Virus record (IMG/VR): IMGVR_UViG_3300047284_000338
Location: 1 to 54,763 of that record
Strand: one strand, 5' to 3'
DNA length: 54,763 nucleotides
Source: a virus
Taxonomy: Duplodnaviria; Caudoviricetes
The first letter of the stretch is position 1, and each line of letters begins with the position of its first letter. Shown one piece after another: positions 36,439 to 44,536 of this stretch. A model generated the notes under the pieces. The model did not search any database and had not been told where the DNA came from. It saw only the letters and a program-made list of their open reading frames with translations. A program made the position numbers and the translations under genes.

Positions 36439-36673
36439 TCGCGCAGATTTGCGCGAACGGCCGGGATTCTGCGCGAACGAGCGGTAACTGTCCAGCCCGG
36501 AGCTACTGGCCTAACCCGTTGAAATCGGTAACTTTCGTGAAGTTCTGGGTGGTGCCGGTTGCGTGACTCGAACACGCGACCTACCGCTTACAAGGCAGTA
36601 GTGCCGGGCGTTTTTCGATGATTTTCGAACAACTTACGAACACGTCCGAATCGATTCGCGCACTATTCGCGCA
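36426..36673. repeat. Integrase arm-type sites ATTCGCGCA flanking the att core
   Basis: ATTCGCGCA at 36426, 36437, 36654 and 36665; inverted TGCGCGAA at 36450 and 36470. Confidence 0.8.
36550..36599 (-). other. attP core: 3' half of a tRNA-Thr(UGU) gene
   Basis: Reverse complement reads ACTGC-CTTGTAA-GCGGT AGGTC GCGTG TTCGAGT CACGC AACCGGC ACCA (anticodon arm, T arm, acceptor 3' strand, CCA); adjacent to int. Confidence 0.88.
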
Positions 36674-36742
36674 GCCGATCCCAAAGCGAATCTTTTGGTC
36701 CCGGTGGCGGTAGCTACCGTTCCCGAAGCCGCCCGGCCCTCG

Positions 36743-36976
36743 ATGCCTGCCTACCTCGTCGAGGTCGCAGCCAAGGTCATCGTCTGGACCGACGCAGACC
36801 AGGAGGATCTGGCGGCGAATGTCTACGCCCTCGTCAACGAGTTCATCCACGACGATGATCACATCGTCGACCTGGAGGTAGACACGTTCGCCCTACCCTT
36901 GGAACCCGGTGGTGGACCATCAGATCGACGGGACGGAGCTGATCCCGAGGAAGGAAGCGAAGCTCCGGTTCCGTGA
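36743..36976 (+). CDS. Hypothetical acidic protein
   Basis: ORF with plausible codon usage, upstream of the HNH gene. Confidence 0.55.
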   Translation: MPAYLVEVAAKVIVWTDADQEDLAANVYALVNEFIHDDDHIVDLEVDTFALPLEPGGGPSDRRDGADPEEGSEAPVP

Positions 36977-37223
36977 CCAGATCTTTCTAGCGTGGAACTA
37001 CAAGTGCGCCTACTGCGACGAGCCACTCGGCAGGTCGGGGACACTTGACCACGTAGTGCCGAAGGTGAAGGGCGGGCTCACGGTGCGCCAAAATTTGATT
37101 CCAGCCTGCCTCGCTTGCAACTCGCACAAATCAGGTGCAGACTGGCTTGAGTGGTACCAGACTCAAGGTTTCCACAATGAGATCCGAGAGATGGCAATTG
37201 CCGCCTGGCTTCAGCAGTTGTGA
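36909..37223 (+). CDS. HNH endonuclease
   Basis: CAYC...TLDHVVPKVKGG...NLIPACLACNSHK. Confidence 0.9.
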   Translation: MVDHQIDGTELIPRKEAKLRFRDQIFLAWNYKCAYCDEPLGRSGTLDHVVPKVKGGLTVRQNLIPACLACNSHKSGADWLEWYQTQGFHNEIREMAIAAWLQQL

Positions 37224-37226
37224 GGC

Positions 37227-37307
37227 CTAGGGCAGGATCTTTTTGCACAAGCAGATCGCGGCTGCGCACAGCAGCCAGTAGGCCACGGCCAGATACACCA
37301 GGGTCAT
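37227..37307 (-). CDS. Putative 26-aa membrane peptide
   Basis: MTLVYLAVAYWLLCAAAICLCKKILP; ATGA overlap with the upstream ORF. Confidence 0.4.
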   Translation of the reverse strand: MTLVYLAVAYWLLCAAAICLCKKILP

Positions 37308-37477
37308 CGTGCCAGCAGGTGGTTCAGATACAGCTCAGCCTGCCACAGGTCGGAGCTGTAGCGGCAGTAGCCCTTGGCGCAGCTGCGGTAGTAAAGCTCG
37401 CCACCGCCGGCCGGCTCCAGTGTCTCGATCCAGCCGCCGTCGCGATCGTTGCGACTCAGCAGGATTGGCTCAGCCAT
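37304..37477 (-). CDS. Small hypothetical protein (57 aa)
   Basis: Read manually: MAEPILLSRNDRDGGWIETLEP...YRSCAKGYCRYSSDLWQAELYL; coupled to its neighbours. Confidence 0.55.
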   Translation of the reverse strand: MAEPILLSRNDRDGGWIETLEPAGGGELYYRSCAKGYCRYSSDLWQAELYLNHLLAR

Positions 37478-37670
37478 GGTTCTGCTCCTGTTTGTGAATC
37501 CAGGTCTTCAGGTTGCTCACATATTCGCGCAACAGCTGAGCCTGGCGAGCATGCACCGGGTCGCCATCAGCAAACCAGTGCGCGTTGTGGCGATCCACGG
37601 CCTCGAGCGCCTGCTTGATCAGCGGATTCCACGGCTCTCGCACAGGTGTGTTCCACTCGCGCTTTGACAC
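37470..37670 (-). CDS. Hypothetical protein
   Basis: ORF in the leftward early operon. Confidence 0.6.
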   Translation of the reverse strand: MSKREWNTPVREPWNPLIKQALEAVDRHNAHWFADGDPVHARQAQLLREYVSNLKTWIHKQEQNHG

Positions 37671-37689
37671 GACACCGTGGCGGCCGTGC

Positions 37690-38046
37690 TCATTCTGGCG
37701 AGCGATCTGTACTGCAATGGCCCGACGCTTTGAACACCGAACATTGAGCGGCGAAGCGGCCGCCGGTCTGGCGTGCCTCAGGCCACCCGAAGCTGCAGTC
37801 AGCCTTTACTGGTAGCCAGTGAATGCACTGCCAGCACAGCACCCGATCTTCGGCCTTACTGGAGTGGCGTCGCTTGAAGTCGGCATAGATCCGCTCGGCG
37901 CGGAAGATCGCTTCTTCCTGGGCGCCGGTCTCCAGGCACGTCCGCAGCTGCAGGTCGGCCGAAGCGCCAAGGCGCACTCGCAGGTGCCAGATCCCATCGA
38001 CCTGGGACAGGATCATGCGCCCTGCGTGATAGCGCTTCTGAGTCAA
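37690..38046 (-). CDS. Hypothetical protein with C-terminal Cys cluster
   Basis: CWQCIHW...C...C; coupled to the dNMP kinase gene. Confidence 0.6.
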   Translation of the reverse strand: MTQKRYHAGRMILSQVDGIWHLRVRLGASADLQLRTCLETGAQEEAIFRAERIYADFKRRHSSKAEDRVLCWQCIHWLPVKADCSFGWPEARQTGGRFAAQCSVFKASGHCSTDRSPE

Positions 38047-38579
38047 AGGAGAGCGAGCACCTTCTCTCGAAGGTCAGCCAGACTGCCGTCATTATGAATC
38101 ACGGCGTCGAATTCGTAGCCATCGAGACCACCTTCCGACCGATGTTCAACACCGCGGTCAGCACCAGGGCGGACCACCATCCATAGCTGACCACCTTTGG
38201 ATTTGATGGCCGTGGCCTCGTTTGGGAAGCGCACATCGTCCGCCACGCAGCGCTCGTAGCGCGATGCCTGGGCCCGCCAGCACTGCACCCACACGTCGGG
38301 GTGGAGGCAGTCGCGCCCCCATTCGGTGCCCAGGGTCTGCAGGATGTGGCGCACGGTCACGCTGACCTCGCCGATCAGCTGCTCCTTGTCGGTAAACACC
38401 AGGCGGGCGGCTTCGCCCTCGGTGTAGCCCAGGTTCTCGAGGAACTCACAGGCGATCCGCTTCAGCGGCGCGGCGAATGGCACCCGGCCATAGCCGTGCT
38501 CGGAAAGAATGTTGCCGACTGTGGTTTTGCCTGACTGCGGCGCCGGGCTGTAAAGGCCGATGAGCTTAAATTCGGACAT
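38043..38579 (-). CDS. Deoxynucleoside monophosphate kinase
   Basis: PQSGKTT P-loop, FAAPLK, RHILQTLGTEWGR, DDVRFPNE, HRSE. Confidence 0.9.
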   Translation of the reverse strand: MSEFKLIGLYSPAPQSGKTTVGNILSEHGYGRVPFAAPLKRIACEFLENLGYTEGEAARLVFTDKEQLIGEVSVTVRHILQTLGTEWGRDCLHPDVWVQCWRAQASRYERCVADDVRFPNEATAIKSKGGQLWMVVRPGADRGVEHRSEGGLDGYEFDAVIHNDGSLADLREKVLALL

Positions 38580-38767
38580 CAGTGTTCAGTGAGTTGACGA
38601 GCGTGAGCCATCGCCTCCGCATGAGTCGCAAAGGCGGGGCCCCAGAAGACGCGGGCGCCGTCAAAGCACCACGCTTGGAAAGCTAGCCCCAGGCCGCGAT
38701 CGACCGGGTGGACGCCGTAGCAGGGCCAAGTCTGGCCCCGGTACGCGCCCTGCTCAGACATCGTCAC
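38579..38767 (-). CDS. Hypothetical protein
   Basis: Coupled ORF in operon. Confidence 0.5.
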   Translation of the reverse strand: MTMSEQGAYRGQTWPCYGVHPVDRGLGLAFQAWCFDGARVFWGPAFATHAEAMAHARQLTEH

Positions 38768-38927
38768 CGGTCCACTCCGGGAGCAGGCCGATCGCGTTCA
38801 CCTGGTAGCCGGGGTTTAGCTCCGCGGCGACGTAGTGAGCATGGGTCAAGCCGTTGGCGTAGTACACGACGATCTCGCGGACACCGTCAGGGCGGGTGAG
38901 CTGGACCTGGTAGGGCTCGACGGTCAT
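38754..38927 (-). CDS. Hypothetical protein
   Basis: MTVEPYQVQLTRPDG...; ATGA overlap. Confidence 0.55.
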   Translation of the reverse strand: MTVEPYQVQLTRPDGVREIVVYYANGLTHAHYVAAELNPGYQVNAIGLLPEWTGDDV

Positions 38928-39145
38928 GGCTGGCGATAAGGGTCGTGGAGCAAGCCTCCGCGCAGCTGCTCGCGCTGAATTCGGTCTTGCACGGCTGTCC
39001 CGATGCGGCGGCCCAGGCGGCGCTTTTCCATCCTGTCCTTGAAGTCGATCCAAGTGTCGGCCACCGTGAGAGTCAGGCCAGCGACAACAAGCGCCAAAAC
39101 CAAGATGGCGCCGACCAGCGCGATGACGAAAAGAAGGGTGATCAT
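38924..39145 (-). CDS. Small membrane protein
   Basis: N-terminal TM segment MITLLFVIALVGAILVLALVVAGL; ATGA overlaps. Confidence 0.55.
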   Translation of the reverse strand: MITLLFVIALVGAILVLALVVAGLTLTVADTWIDFKDRMEKRRLGRRIGTAVQDRIQREQLRGGLLHDPYRQP

Positions 39146-39531
39146 GCCTCGATCTCCGCGGGCATGAGCATCTGGCGGATCCGGCTGGCCGTGAACGGCC
39201 CGCGAGCGATCACCCGCCACACAGCTTTCATCACGTGCGGCGCCTGGGTCTCAGCGACCACACTGCCGACGTCGCGCAGGGCCTGCACCACCACCTCGTA
39301 CATCTCGCGATACAGCTCGGGGTCTGGCTCCATCAGCGCCTCTCGCCATCGGGCCACCTCGAGCAGCGCTTGCGGCCCGAAGTTGCGCAGCTTCATGAGA
39401 TCTTCGGTGCTGGCCATCATGATCTGCTCGGCGGTGTAGTAGCCACCACGAAGCAGGGCGTTGATGGTCCTCAGCCCGAGGAAGCGATTGGTCTCGGGGA
39501 CCAATCGGAAGTCGTCATCGGTTAGGTTCAT
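39142..39531 (-). CDS. RNA polymerase alpha C-terminal-domain-like protein
   Basis: LGLRTINALLRGGYYTAEQIMMASTEDLMKLRNFGPQALLEV matches the alpha-CTD HhH pattern (LSVRSxNCL...DLLKxxNFGxKSLxEI). Confidence 0.75.
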   Translation of the reverse strand: MNLTDDDFRLVPETNRFLGLRTINALLRGGYYTAEQIMMASTEDLMKLRNFGPQALLEVARWREALMEPDPELYREMYEVVVQALRDVGSVVAETQAPHVMKAVWRVIARGPFTASRIRQMLMPAEIEA

Positions 39532-39784
39532 CGATCTTGGAAAGGTGGGTGATCAGCGCGTCACGGCTCGGCCACCGCGGGTTGCCGTCGGCGTCTTTGG
39601 CCTTCATCTCGTTGATGGCCCGGGCAATGCCGATCTTGAACCACATCTGGTTCTCTTTGGCGCGGAAGTCTGCTTGCGTCAGCAGGCGCTGCCACTGCTC
39701 GTCAGAGAAGCAGTCAAGGTCGACATCGGGTCCGAGCATTGCCCAGGGGCCCAGTCGGGCCTGGAGCTCAGTCTTGCGGTTCAT
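39515..39784 (-). CDS. Hypothetical protein
   Basis: ORF in operon. Confidence 0.55.
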   Translation of the reverse strand: MNRKTELQARLGPWAMLGPDVDLDCFSDEQWQRLLTQADFRAKENQMWFKIGIARAINEMKAKDADGNPRWPSRDALITHLSKIDEPNR

Positions 39785-39926
39785 CCTTGTCGAGCCATTC
39801 GATGAAATCGAACCAGGGTCCGTACTCGTCAAATGCCTTGGCCTTTGCTTCAGTGAAGCTGGCAGCAGTGACGTAGTCGAACACGTTCGACTGGGGGATG
39901 GTGAAGTGGTAGTGGCGCTCAGTCAT
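39768..39926 (-). CDS. Small hypothetical protein (52 aa)
   Basis: Read manually: MTERHYHFTIPQSNVFDYVTAASFTEAKAKAFDEYGPW... Confidence 0.55.
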   Translation of the reverse strand: MTERHYHFTIPQSNVFDYVTAASFTEAKAKAFDEYGPWFDFIEWLDKDEPQD

Positions 39927-40143
39927 TGTTCAACTCATTGAAGATAATTTGAACGTTCTGGCGATCAGCATCTGAGAGCTTGCTCAGTTCGCGAGCAACG
40001 ACTTTTGCGCAGACGACGATCATCACACCAGGACAGAAGAACCCGAGGAGACCAATAGCAAAGAAGCCGAGTCGATTTTTGATTTTGCAGTCTTTCCCGA
40101 GGTCGTGCATCAGCTCGCGCTCGAGGTTTTTCTTGGTAGTCAT
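39919..40143 (-). CDS. Small membrane protein
   Basis: Central TM segment; first gene after the putative promoter at ~40280. Confidence 0.55.
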   Translation of the reverse strand: MTTKKNLERELMHDLGKDCKIKNRLGFFAIGLLGFFCPGVMIVVCAKVVARELSKLSDADRQNVQIIFNELNND

Positions 40144-40276
40144 TCGCAAACAGGCAGGGGGGAATAGTTGGTGGCAGCACAGTGCTTGCCGTGATCAGAA
40201 ACGACGGCCGCGATCACTGCGACCGGAATCAAGAGCAGAAGGAGGCCTTTCATGCAGGTGTCGTGTGGACCCCGAA

Positions 40277-40330
40277 ATCATGCCGGGTCGGCGCCGGTTT
40301 GTGCAGGGCATCGTCACAACTCGTTACACA
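40277..40330 (-). promoter_or_regulatory. Leftward promoter with HLR1-like direct repeat
   Basis: GTCACAAC-TC-GTTACACA (40313-40330); -10-like CATGAT 35 nt from the proximal half-site. Confidence 0.55.
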
Positions 40331-40385
40331 GAGAGCTTTGCTGCTCAGGCGCTCGTAGGGTGTGGTATCTCGACATGAGCAGCAC

Positions 40386-40577
40386 ATGGACTTCGGCAAG
40401 TGGCTGATCAATGAAATGCCGGTTGAAGAGCGGCTCCAGACCGAGCTCGAGGCTCGCAAGGAAGACCCACGCACGGCGATGCTGTACCGGCTCTGCGTGC
40501 AGCAGCAGCACCAGCTAAAGCAAGCCGTGAACGAGATCGCTCGGCTTGAAATGATGCTGATGCAGTACGACCGCTAA
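40386..40577 (+). CDS. Hypothetical coiled-coil protein
   Basis: Lone rightward ORF within the leftward block. Confidence 0.55.
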   Translation: MDFGKWLINEMPVEERLQTELEARKEDPRTAMLYRLCVQQQHQLKQAVNEIARLEMMLMQYDR

Positions 40578-40882
40578 TCGGCCAACTGCAAGGCCAACTG
40601 ATAGGTCGGTGCCTTGATGTGCCGGCTTAGCTCGGTGCCGTCGGGTAGCGGTGTCTCCACCACCCACGCCTGCCAGGGCTCGCGCAGCTGCACCAGCAGC
40701 TCGCGCACCTCGTCGGCCAGCGAGCCGGCCTGCTCGTAGCTCCAGCCGCGGTGTGCTACCTGGAACTGGGCCATGGCCTCGATCCGTTCAGCCCATCGCA
40801 CCAAGGTGACGATGTCGGGCTTAGCCGAGGGCCGCATGTGCTCAACGTAAAGGTCGATCAGGCGAGATTCGGGGTAGCTCAT
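40574..40882 (-). CDS. Hypothetical protein
   Basis: MSYPESRLIDLY...; ATGA overlap. Confidence 0.55.
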   Translation of the reverse strand: MSYPESRLIDLYVEHMRPSAKPDIVTLVRWAERIEAMAQFQVAHRGWSYEQAGSLADEVRELLVQLREPWQAWVVETPLPDGTELSRHIKAPTYQLALQLAD

Positions 40883-41076
40883 CGCTTGTGCCAGTCGGAG
40901 ATCAGGTGTCCGTAGTCCCGGGGCTCGGTGACCGGGCGGCTGTTGCCGCACACGTCGCACTTGCCGTTGTGCATCGTCGACACACGGAACCAGGGCGGGC
41001 CGATGTAGCGGCCATCGAGATAGAGCCGGCCGAGGCGCCGGCCACAGGGGTCACAGATCCAGTTGGGGTAGTTCAT
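40879..41076 (-). CDS. Small zinc-finger protein
   Basis: WICDPCG...HNGKCDVCG...VTEPRDYG. Confidence 0.65.
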   Translation of the reverse strand: MNYPNWICDPCGRRLGRLYLDGRYIGPPWFRVSTMHNGKCDVCGNSRPVTEPRDYGHLISDWHKR

Positions 41077-41081
41077 CGGGG

Positions 41082-41294
41082 TCAGGAATTGGACTGCTCC
41101 AGCTCGGCGGCGATGGCGTACAAGTCGTTCGCATCAATAACTAACTCGTACCAGCTTTCGCAATAAACCTCGTAGGCAAGTAGTTGAGCAACCTCTTGCA
41201 GGGCAGCGGCGATCTGAGCTGTTGCTACGGGACGGACAGAAGTGCTTTGGTGCGCATCCAGCACCGCCTGTGCTTGTGGTGATAGTTGAGTCAT
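41082..41294 (-). CDS. Hypothetical protein (LSPxAQAVL family, paralog 1)
   Basis: Similar to ORF 41314..41517. Confidence 0.6.
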   Translation of the reverse strand: MTQLSPQAQAVLDAHQSTSVRPVATAQIAAALQEVAQLLAYEVYCESWYELVIDANDLYAIAAELEQSNS

Positions 41295-41313
41295 GAGTGT
41301 TTAGTGGGAATGA

Positions 41314-41517
41314 CTACTGGGCGTCCAGCTCGTCAGCGATAGCGAGAAGACTCTCCGGGCCTGGGAACGTGATAACTCCAGCAGCAGCACGCAGGGCGGC
41401 GGCGGCGATAAAAGCCATGCGCCCAGCTTCGCGAGGAATGTCGACAGGGTCCAGGCCGTACTCGTTCTGCGTCAATGCGGCAAGCACCGCCTGCGCGGCG
41501 GGAGAGAGGTTAGCCAC
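41314..41517 (-). CDS. Hypothetical protein (LSPxAQAVL family, paralog 2)
   Basis: Similar to ORF 41082..41294. Confidence 0.6.
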   Translation of the reverse strand: MANLSPAAQAVLAALTQNEYGLDPVDIPREAGRMAFIAAAALRAAAGVITFPGPESLLAIADELDAQ

Positions 41518-41725
41518 GGTCGGCCTCCTGCGGCTCGGGCTGGGTGTTCTGCCTGAGAAACTCCACCATCAAGCGGTGGGCTTCACCGGCATCGGCAATG
41601 AACTGGCCTCGGTAGTGGAAGCCTTCTTTGTCGAGGCGGATGACTTCTTCCGTTGGCGGAGAACATAACTTAATGCAGTGGGCGGGCTCTAGTTTCACGA
41701 AATTGGTGTAAAAATCGTCAGTCAT
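41510..41725 (-). CDS. Hypothetical protein
   Basis: EVIRLDKEGFHYRGQFIADAGEAHRL. Confidence 0.6.
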   Translation of the reverse strand: MTDDFYTNFVKLEPAHCIKLCSPPTEEVIRLDKEGFHYRGQFIADAGEAHRLMVEFLRQNTQPEPQEADRG

Positions 41726-41892
41726 CGAGTTGCTCCAAGGCAGAAGATTTGAGCCGGACGATTGTCGTAAAGCTTCTGGCAAGCCTGCCACTTTTGTGGC
41801 AACCACCACCAGGCAACCGCAAACACGATCAGCAGAGTAGCTGCCATAAATGCTGCGTAAAGCCTGTCTTCGTTAGTCATCGAGTTGCTCCA
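41720..41892. repeat. 18-bp direct repeat AGTCATCGAGTTGCTCCA
   Basis: Copies at 41720-41737 and 41875-41892. Confidence 0.85.
41722..41880 (-). CDS. Small membrane protein flanked by 18-bp direct repeats
   Basis: MTNEDRLYAAFMAATLLIVFAVAWWWLPQKWQAC... Confidence 0.55.
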   Translation of the reverse strand: MTNEDRLYAAFMAATLLIVFAVAWWWLPQKWQACQKLYDNRPAQIFCLGATR

Positions 41893-42217
41893 GTGCGCGG
41901 CGGATGGTATCGGCGTCAGCACTTGATTCGTCGGTCAAATAGCCTCGATCAACGTGCTTTCTAAGGATTTCCAGCGCCTGCTCCTTCAAACTCGGCGGCT
42001 TGGGGCGGCGGGCGGCGCGGAGGTCGGAGGGACCAGCCATGAAATCGCGGTCCATAAGCTCACAGCACGCCTCCAGCTCCTGGTCGGCACCCCATTGGGC
42101 GGCGCGAGCGGCAAAAGCCGCAGTCCACGAAGACGCAGCTCCTCGGTTGAACGTGGTGTCTACTTCCCACTGCTGCACCAGCTCCGGCGGTGGGGTGATG
42201 GGGCTTGGGGTGGTCAT
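41873..42217 (-). CDS. Hypothetical protein
   Basis: ITPPPELVQQW...WGADQELEACC...LRAARRPKPPSLKEQAL. Confidence 0.65.
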   Translation of the reverse strand: MTTPSPITPPPELVQQWEVDTTFNRGAASSWTAAFAARAAQWGADQELEACCELMDRDFMAGPSDLRAARRPKPPSLKEQALEILRKHVDRGYLTDESSADADTIRRALEQLDD

Positions 42218-42450
42218 AGTTTGTCGATGGGATTAAAGGTCAGCTCAAACCACTGCTGTTCGGCGTTGCACCAAAGCAGGCGAGCGGGTTGATCGTCGGG
42301 GTAGTACCAGATCAGCTGCTCGCCGAAGTCGTGTTCGGAGTAGTTGCCTGGTGGTTGCTTGCCGCGTTTCAAGTGGATCCTGTAGTTCTCGCCGTGGTGG
42401 GGCATCTTGAATCCCTTGGCGCCGTCAAAGCCGGCTTCGGTGGGGGTCAC
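42214..42450 (-). CDS. Hypothetical protein
   Basis: Coupled ORF. Confidence 0.5.
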   Translation of the reverse strand: MTPTEAGFDGAKGFKMPHHGENYRIHLKRGKQPPGNYSEHDFGEQLIWYYPDDQPARLLWCNAEQQWFELTFNPIDKL

Positions 42451-42620
42451 AGCCGCACCTCCACATCGACCCAGTAGCGGCAGTTGCCGTCCATGGTCAT
42501 GTTCTGGTTGACGTACAACGACTCCACCAGCAGCCCAGTGTCGTCGGTGAACTCACGCAAGGTCTGATTGATGCGTTCGCGCAGAGCCATCTTGGCGGCC
42601 TTGGCTTCTTCAATGGTCAT
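42447..42620 (-). CDS. Hypothetical protein
   Basis: MTIEEAKAAKMALRERI... Confidence 0.55.
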   Translation of the reverse strand: MTIEEAKAAKMALRERINQTLREFTDDTGLLVESLYVNQNMTMDGNCRYWVDVEVRL

Positions 42621-42738
42621 GGTTTCAGGTTGGAATGGAACACAGGGTGCTGCTGGCACTGGTCACGGCCGCCGGCGAACCCAGCGGCATAGATGAACGC
42701 CAGCACCACCAGCAGGGTAATGCGGCCGGTCCAGCGGA

Positions 42739-42975
42739 TCACGCCGCCTCCACCGCAGCCCCTGGCCAGCGGTTCTTGGCGTACTTGATCGCTGTCCGCT
42801 TGTTGGACGCATGCAGCGTCACCTTCATCGGGAGTGCATTGCCTTGCATTACCCGCAGGGTGAACGGCTTCGTGTGCTCGCCGTCGCGAGGGCGGCTGAC
42901 GCCAGGGCCGAACGATCCCCGGGGGCCGTCCTCGCGCCAGGTCAACACGACCGAAAAGTCAGATTTTGATTTCAT
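42739..42975 (-). CDS. Hypothetical protein
   Basis: MKSKSDF...AIKYAKNRWPGA. Confidence 0.55.
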   Translation of the reverse strand: MKSKSDFSVVLTWREDGPRGSFGPGVSRPRDGEHTKPFTLRVMQGNALPMKVTLHASNKRTAIKYAKNRWPGAAVEAA

Positions 42976-43282
42976 GATGATCACAGGTAGTTGCAATGAT
43001 TTCAGCGCTCTGCCGGACCATGCCAGCAAGCCCTTCTTCGCCCTCCATCGTGACGAAATCAGCTGCTGCCAGCATGCCGTGCTTGAACGCAGCGCGAAGT
43101 TCTTCGCGGATGACAGCCCTGTATTGAGGGCTGTTCAAAAAGTTGACGTAGAAGATGCGTGAGACGATGACGCCGACGGTGAACCCAGCGGTTCCGGCGA
43201 TGAACAAATCCAAGAGAAGCTCCTGCGTTTGAACCCGCTTATCAAAGCAAGCCATCCGGCACGTGGATGGCTGCTGTAACAA
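42959..43282 (-). CDS. Hypothetical membrane-anchored protein
   Basis: TM segment; start uncertain. Confidence 0.45.
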   Translation of the reverse strand: MLQQPSTCRMACFDKRVQTQELLLDLFIAGTAGFTVGVIVSRIFYVNFLNSPQYRAVIREELRAAFKHGMLAAADFVTMEGEEGLAGMVRQSAEIIATTCDHHEIKI

Positions 43283-43286
43283 TTCT

Positions 43287-43772
43287 TCACGTCACGTAGA
43301 GCTGCTCGTACCGGTTTTCCTCGAGCCACGCCTTGAACTCCTCCTCGGCGCCCTCGTGGGCCTCGTTCTCGATCTCTTCGTAGACCCCGGGCCCAAGCTC
43401 CTCCACCAGAGCAGCCCGGATCCGGGCCTGCTTCAGCCGCAGGAATTTCTCTCGCTGCGCATCGGCCAAACTGCGCCGGCGCTGCATCTCCATCCCGTCG
43501 ACGCCCTCGAGCTTGAACAGGCGGCGCTTGGTTTCAGACGCGAACCCGATCGAGATCCGTCGCTTCTTCCTGGTGCGGTGCAGCCAGTCGCGGTCGCACG
43601 GAATCCCGCAGTCGGTCTCCATGCGCAGAGCCTCTTTGATCGCGTCGTCCATCCCCTGGATGGCCATGCTCAGCTCGGTGTGCAACCGGCGGCAGGTCTC
43701 AAGGTCAAGGTCGTGGATCTGGCTGATCTCAACGACGCGGGCAAGCTCTCGGCTTTGATAGGTCAGTGTCAT
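43287..43772 (-). CDS. Hypothetical protein
   Basis: 161-aa ORF downstream of ssb. Confidence 0.6.
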   Translation of the reverse strand: MTLTYQSRELARVVEISQIHDLDLETCRRLHTELSMAIQGMDDAIKEALRMETDCGIPCDRDWLHRTRKKRRISIGFASETKRRLFKLEGVDGMEMQRRRSLADAQREKFLRLKQARIRAALVEELGPGVYEEIENEAHEGAEEEFKAWLEENRYEQLYVT

Positions 43773-43826
43773 GGCAAGGGCAAAGTGATAGGCCCAGGGG
43801 CGTCCCCGGGCCAGGTTGTATGCGGC

Positions 43827-44282
43827 TCAGAACGGCACGTCGTCGTCGTTGTAGTCGACCACCTGGCCGCCAAACGCATTGGCGACCTGCTGAGCGGCGA
43901 CGGGCACTGCCTGCTGGACCGGAGCCGGTGCCGGGGCAGTAGCCATGGGGGCCGCTCCGCCATCGGTGCGCTGCTGCCAGCTCTCCACCGACGCATTGCG
44001 GATCACCACGGCCTTCTTCAGCTCGCCGGTGTTCTTATCGGTCCAGCTCTCCTCCGCCACCTGGCCGGTGACGCAGACGCTGTTGCCCTTCTTGAGGTAG
44101 TTGGCCACGTACTCGGCCTGCTTGCCCCAGACCTCCACCTTCACCCAGAAGGCCGGTTGGTCCTGTCCTTGTTTCTTCGGCTGGCGCACAGCCAGGGAGA
44201 ACTTGGAGACCATCTGGCCAGACTGGGTGGTCTGGAAGTCAGGATCGCGGCCGATGTTGCCGGTGAGTGTTCCGTTGAACAT
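43827..44282 (-). CDS. ssb: Single-stranded DNA-binding protein
   Basis: LTGNIGRDP, FSLAV, VWGKQAE..ANYLKKG..VCVTG, acidic tail DDDVPF. Confidence 0.95.
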   Translation of the reverse strand: MFNGTLTGNIGRDPDFQTTQSGQMVSKFSLAVRQPKKQGQDQPAFWVKVEVWGKQAEYVANYLKKGNSVCVTGQVAEESWTDKNTGELKKAVVIRNASVESWQQRTDGGAAPMATAPAPAPVQQAVPVAAQQVANAFGGQVVDYNDDDVPF

Positions 44283-44284
44283 GA

Positions 44285-44536
44285 TCAGGCTTCGCGGGCG
44301 GAACAGATGACAAAGCAGCCGTCACCATCCCGGCGCTTGCGCACCGAGAACCTGCGAGTGGCGTCGCGGCGGCTGAGGTTTCCAACCACCTGGGTGATAG
44401 TCCCAGGCTTGAACTCCTCAAACGACACTTGCACGGCCTCGCCGGGCTCGAGATCGAGGATCTCGTTGCGCAGCGGTGCGGTCTTGGATTGGCGGCCGGC
44501 TTGTGCCAGGGCCTCTTCAGCGGTGATGCGGTTCAT
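44285..44536 (-). CDS. Hypothetical protein
   Basis: Coupled ORF. Confidence 0.55.
   Translation of the reverse strand: MNRITAEEALAQAGRQSKTAPLRNEILDLEPGEAVQVSFEEFKPGTITQVVGNLSRRDATRRFSVRKRRDGDGCFVICSAREA

Noticed and set aside
36550-36625. Complete tRNA-Thr gene
   Set aside because: Only the anticodon arm through CCA is present; there is no D-arm or 5' acceptor strand complementary to AACCGGC, so it is treated as an att core
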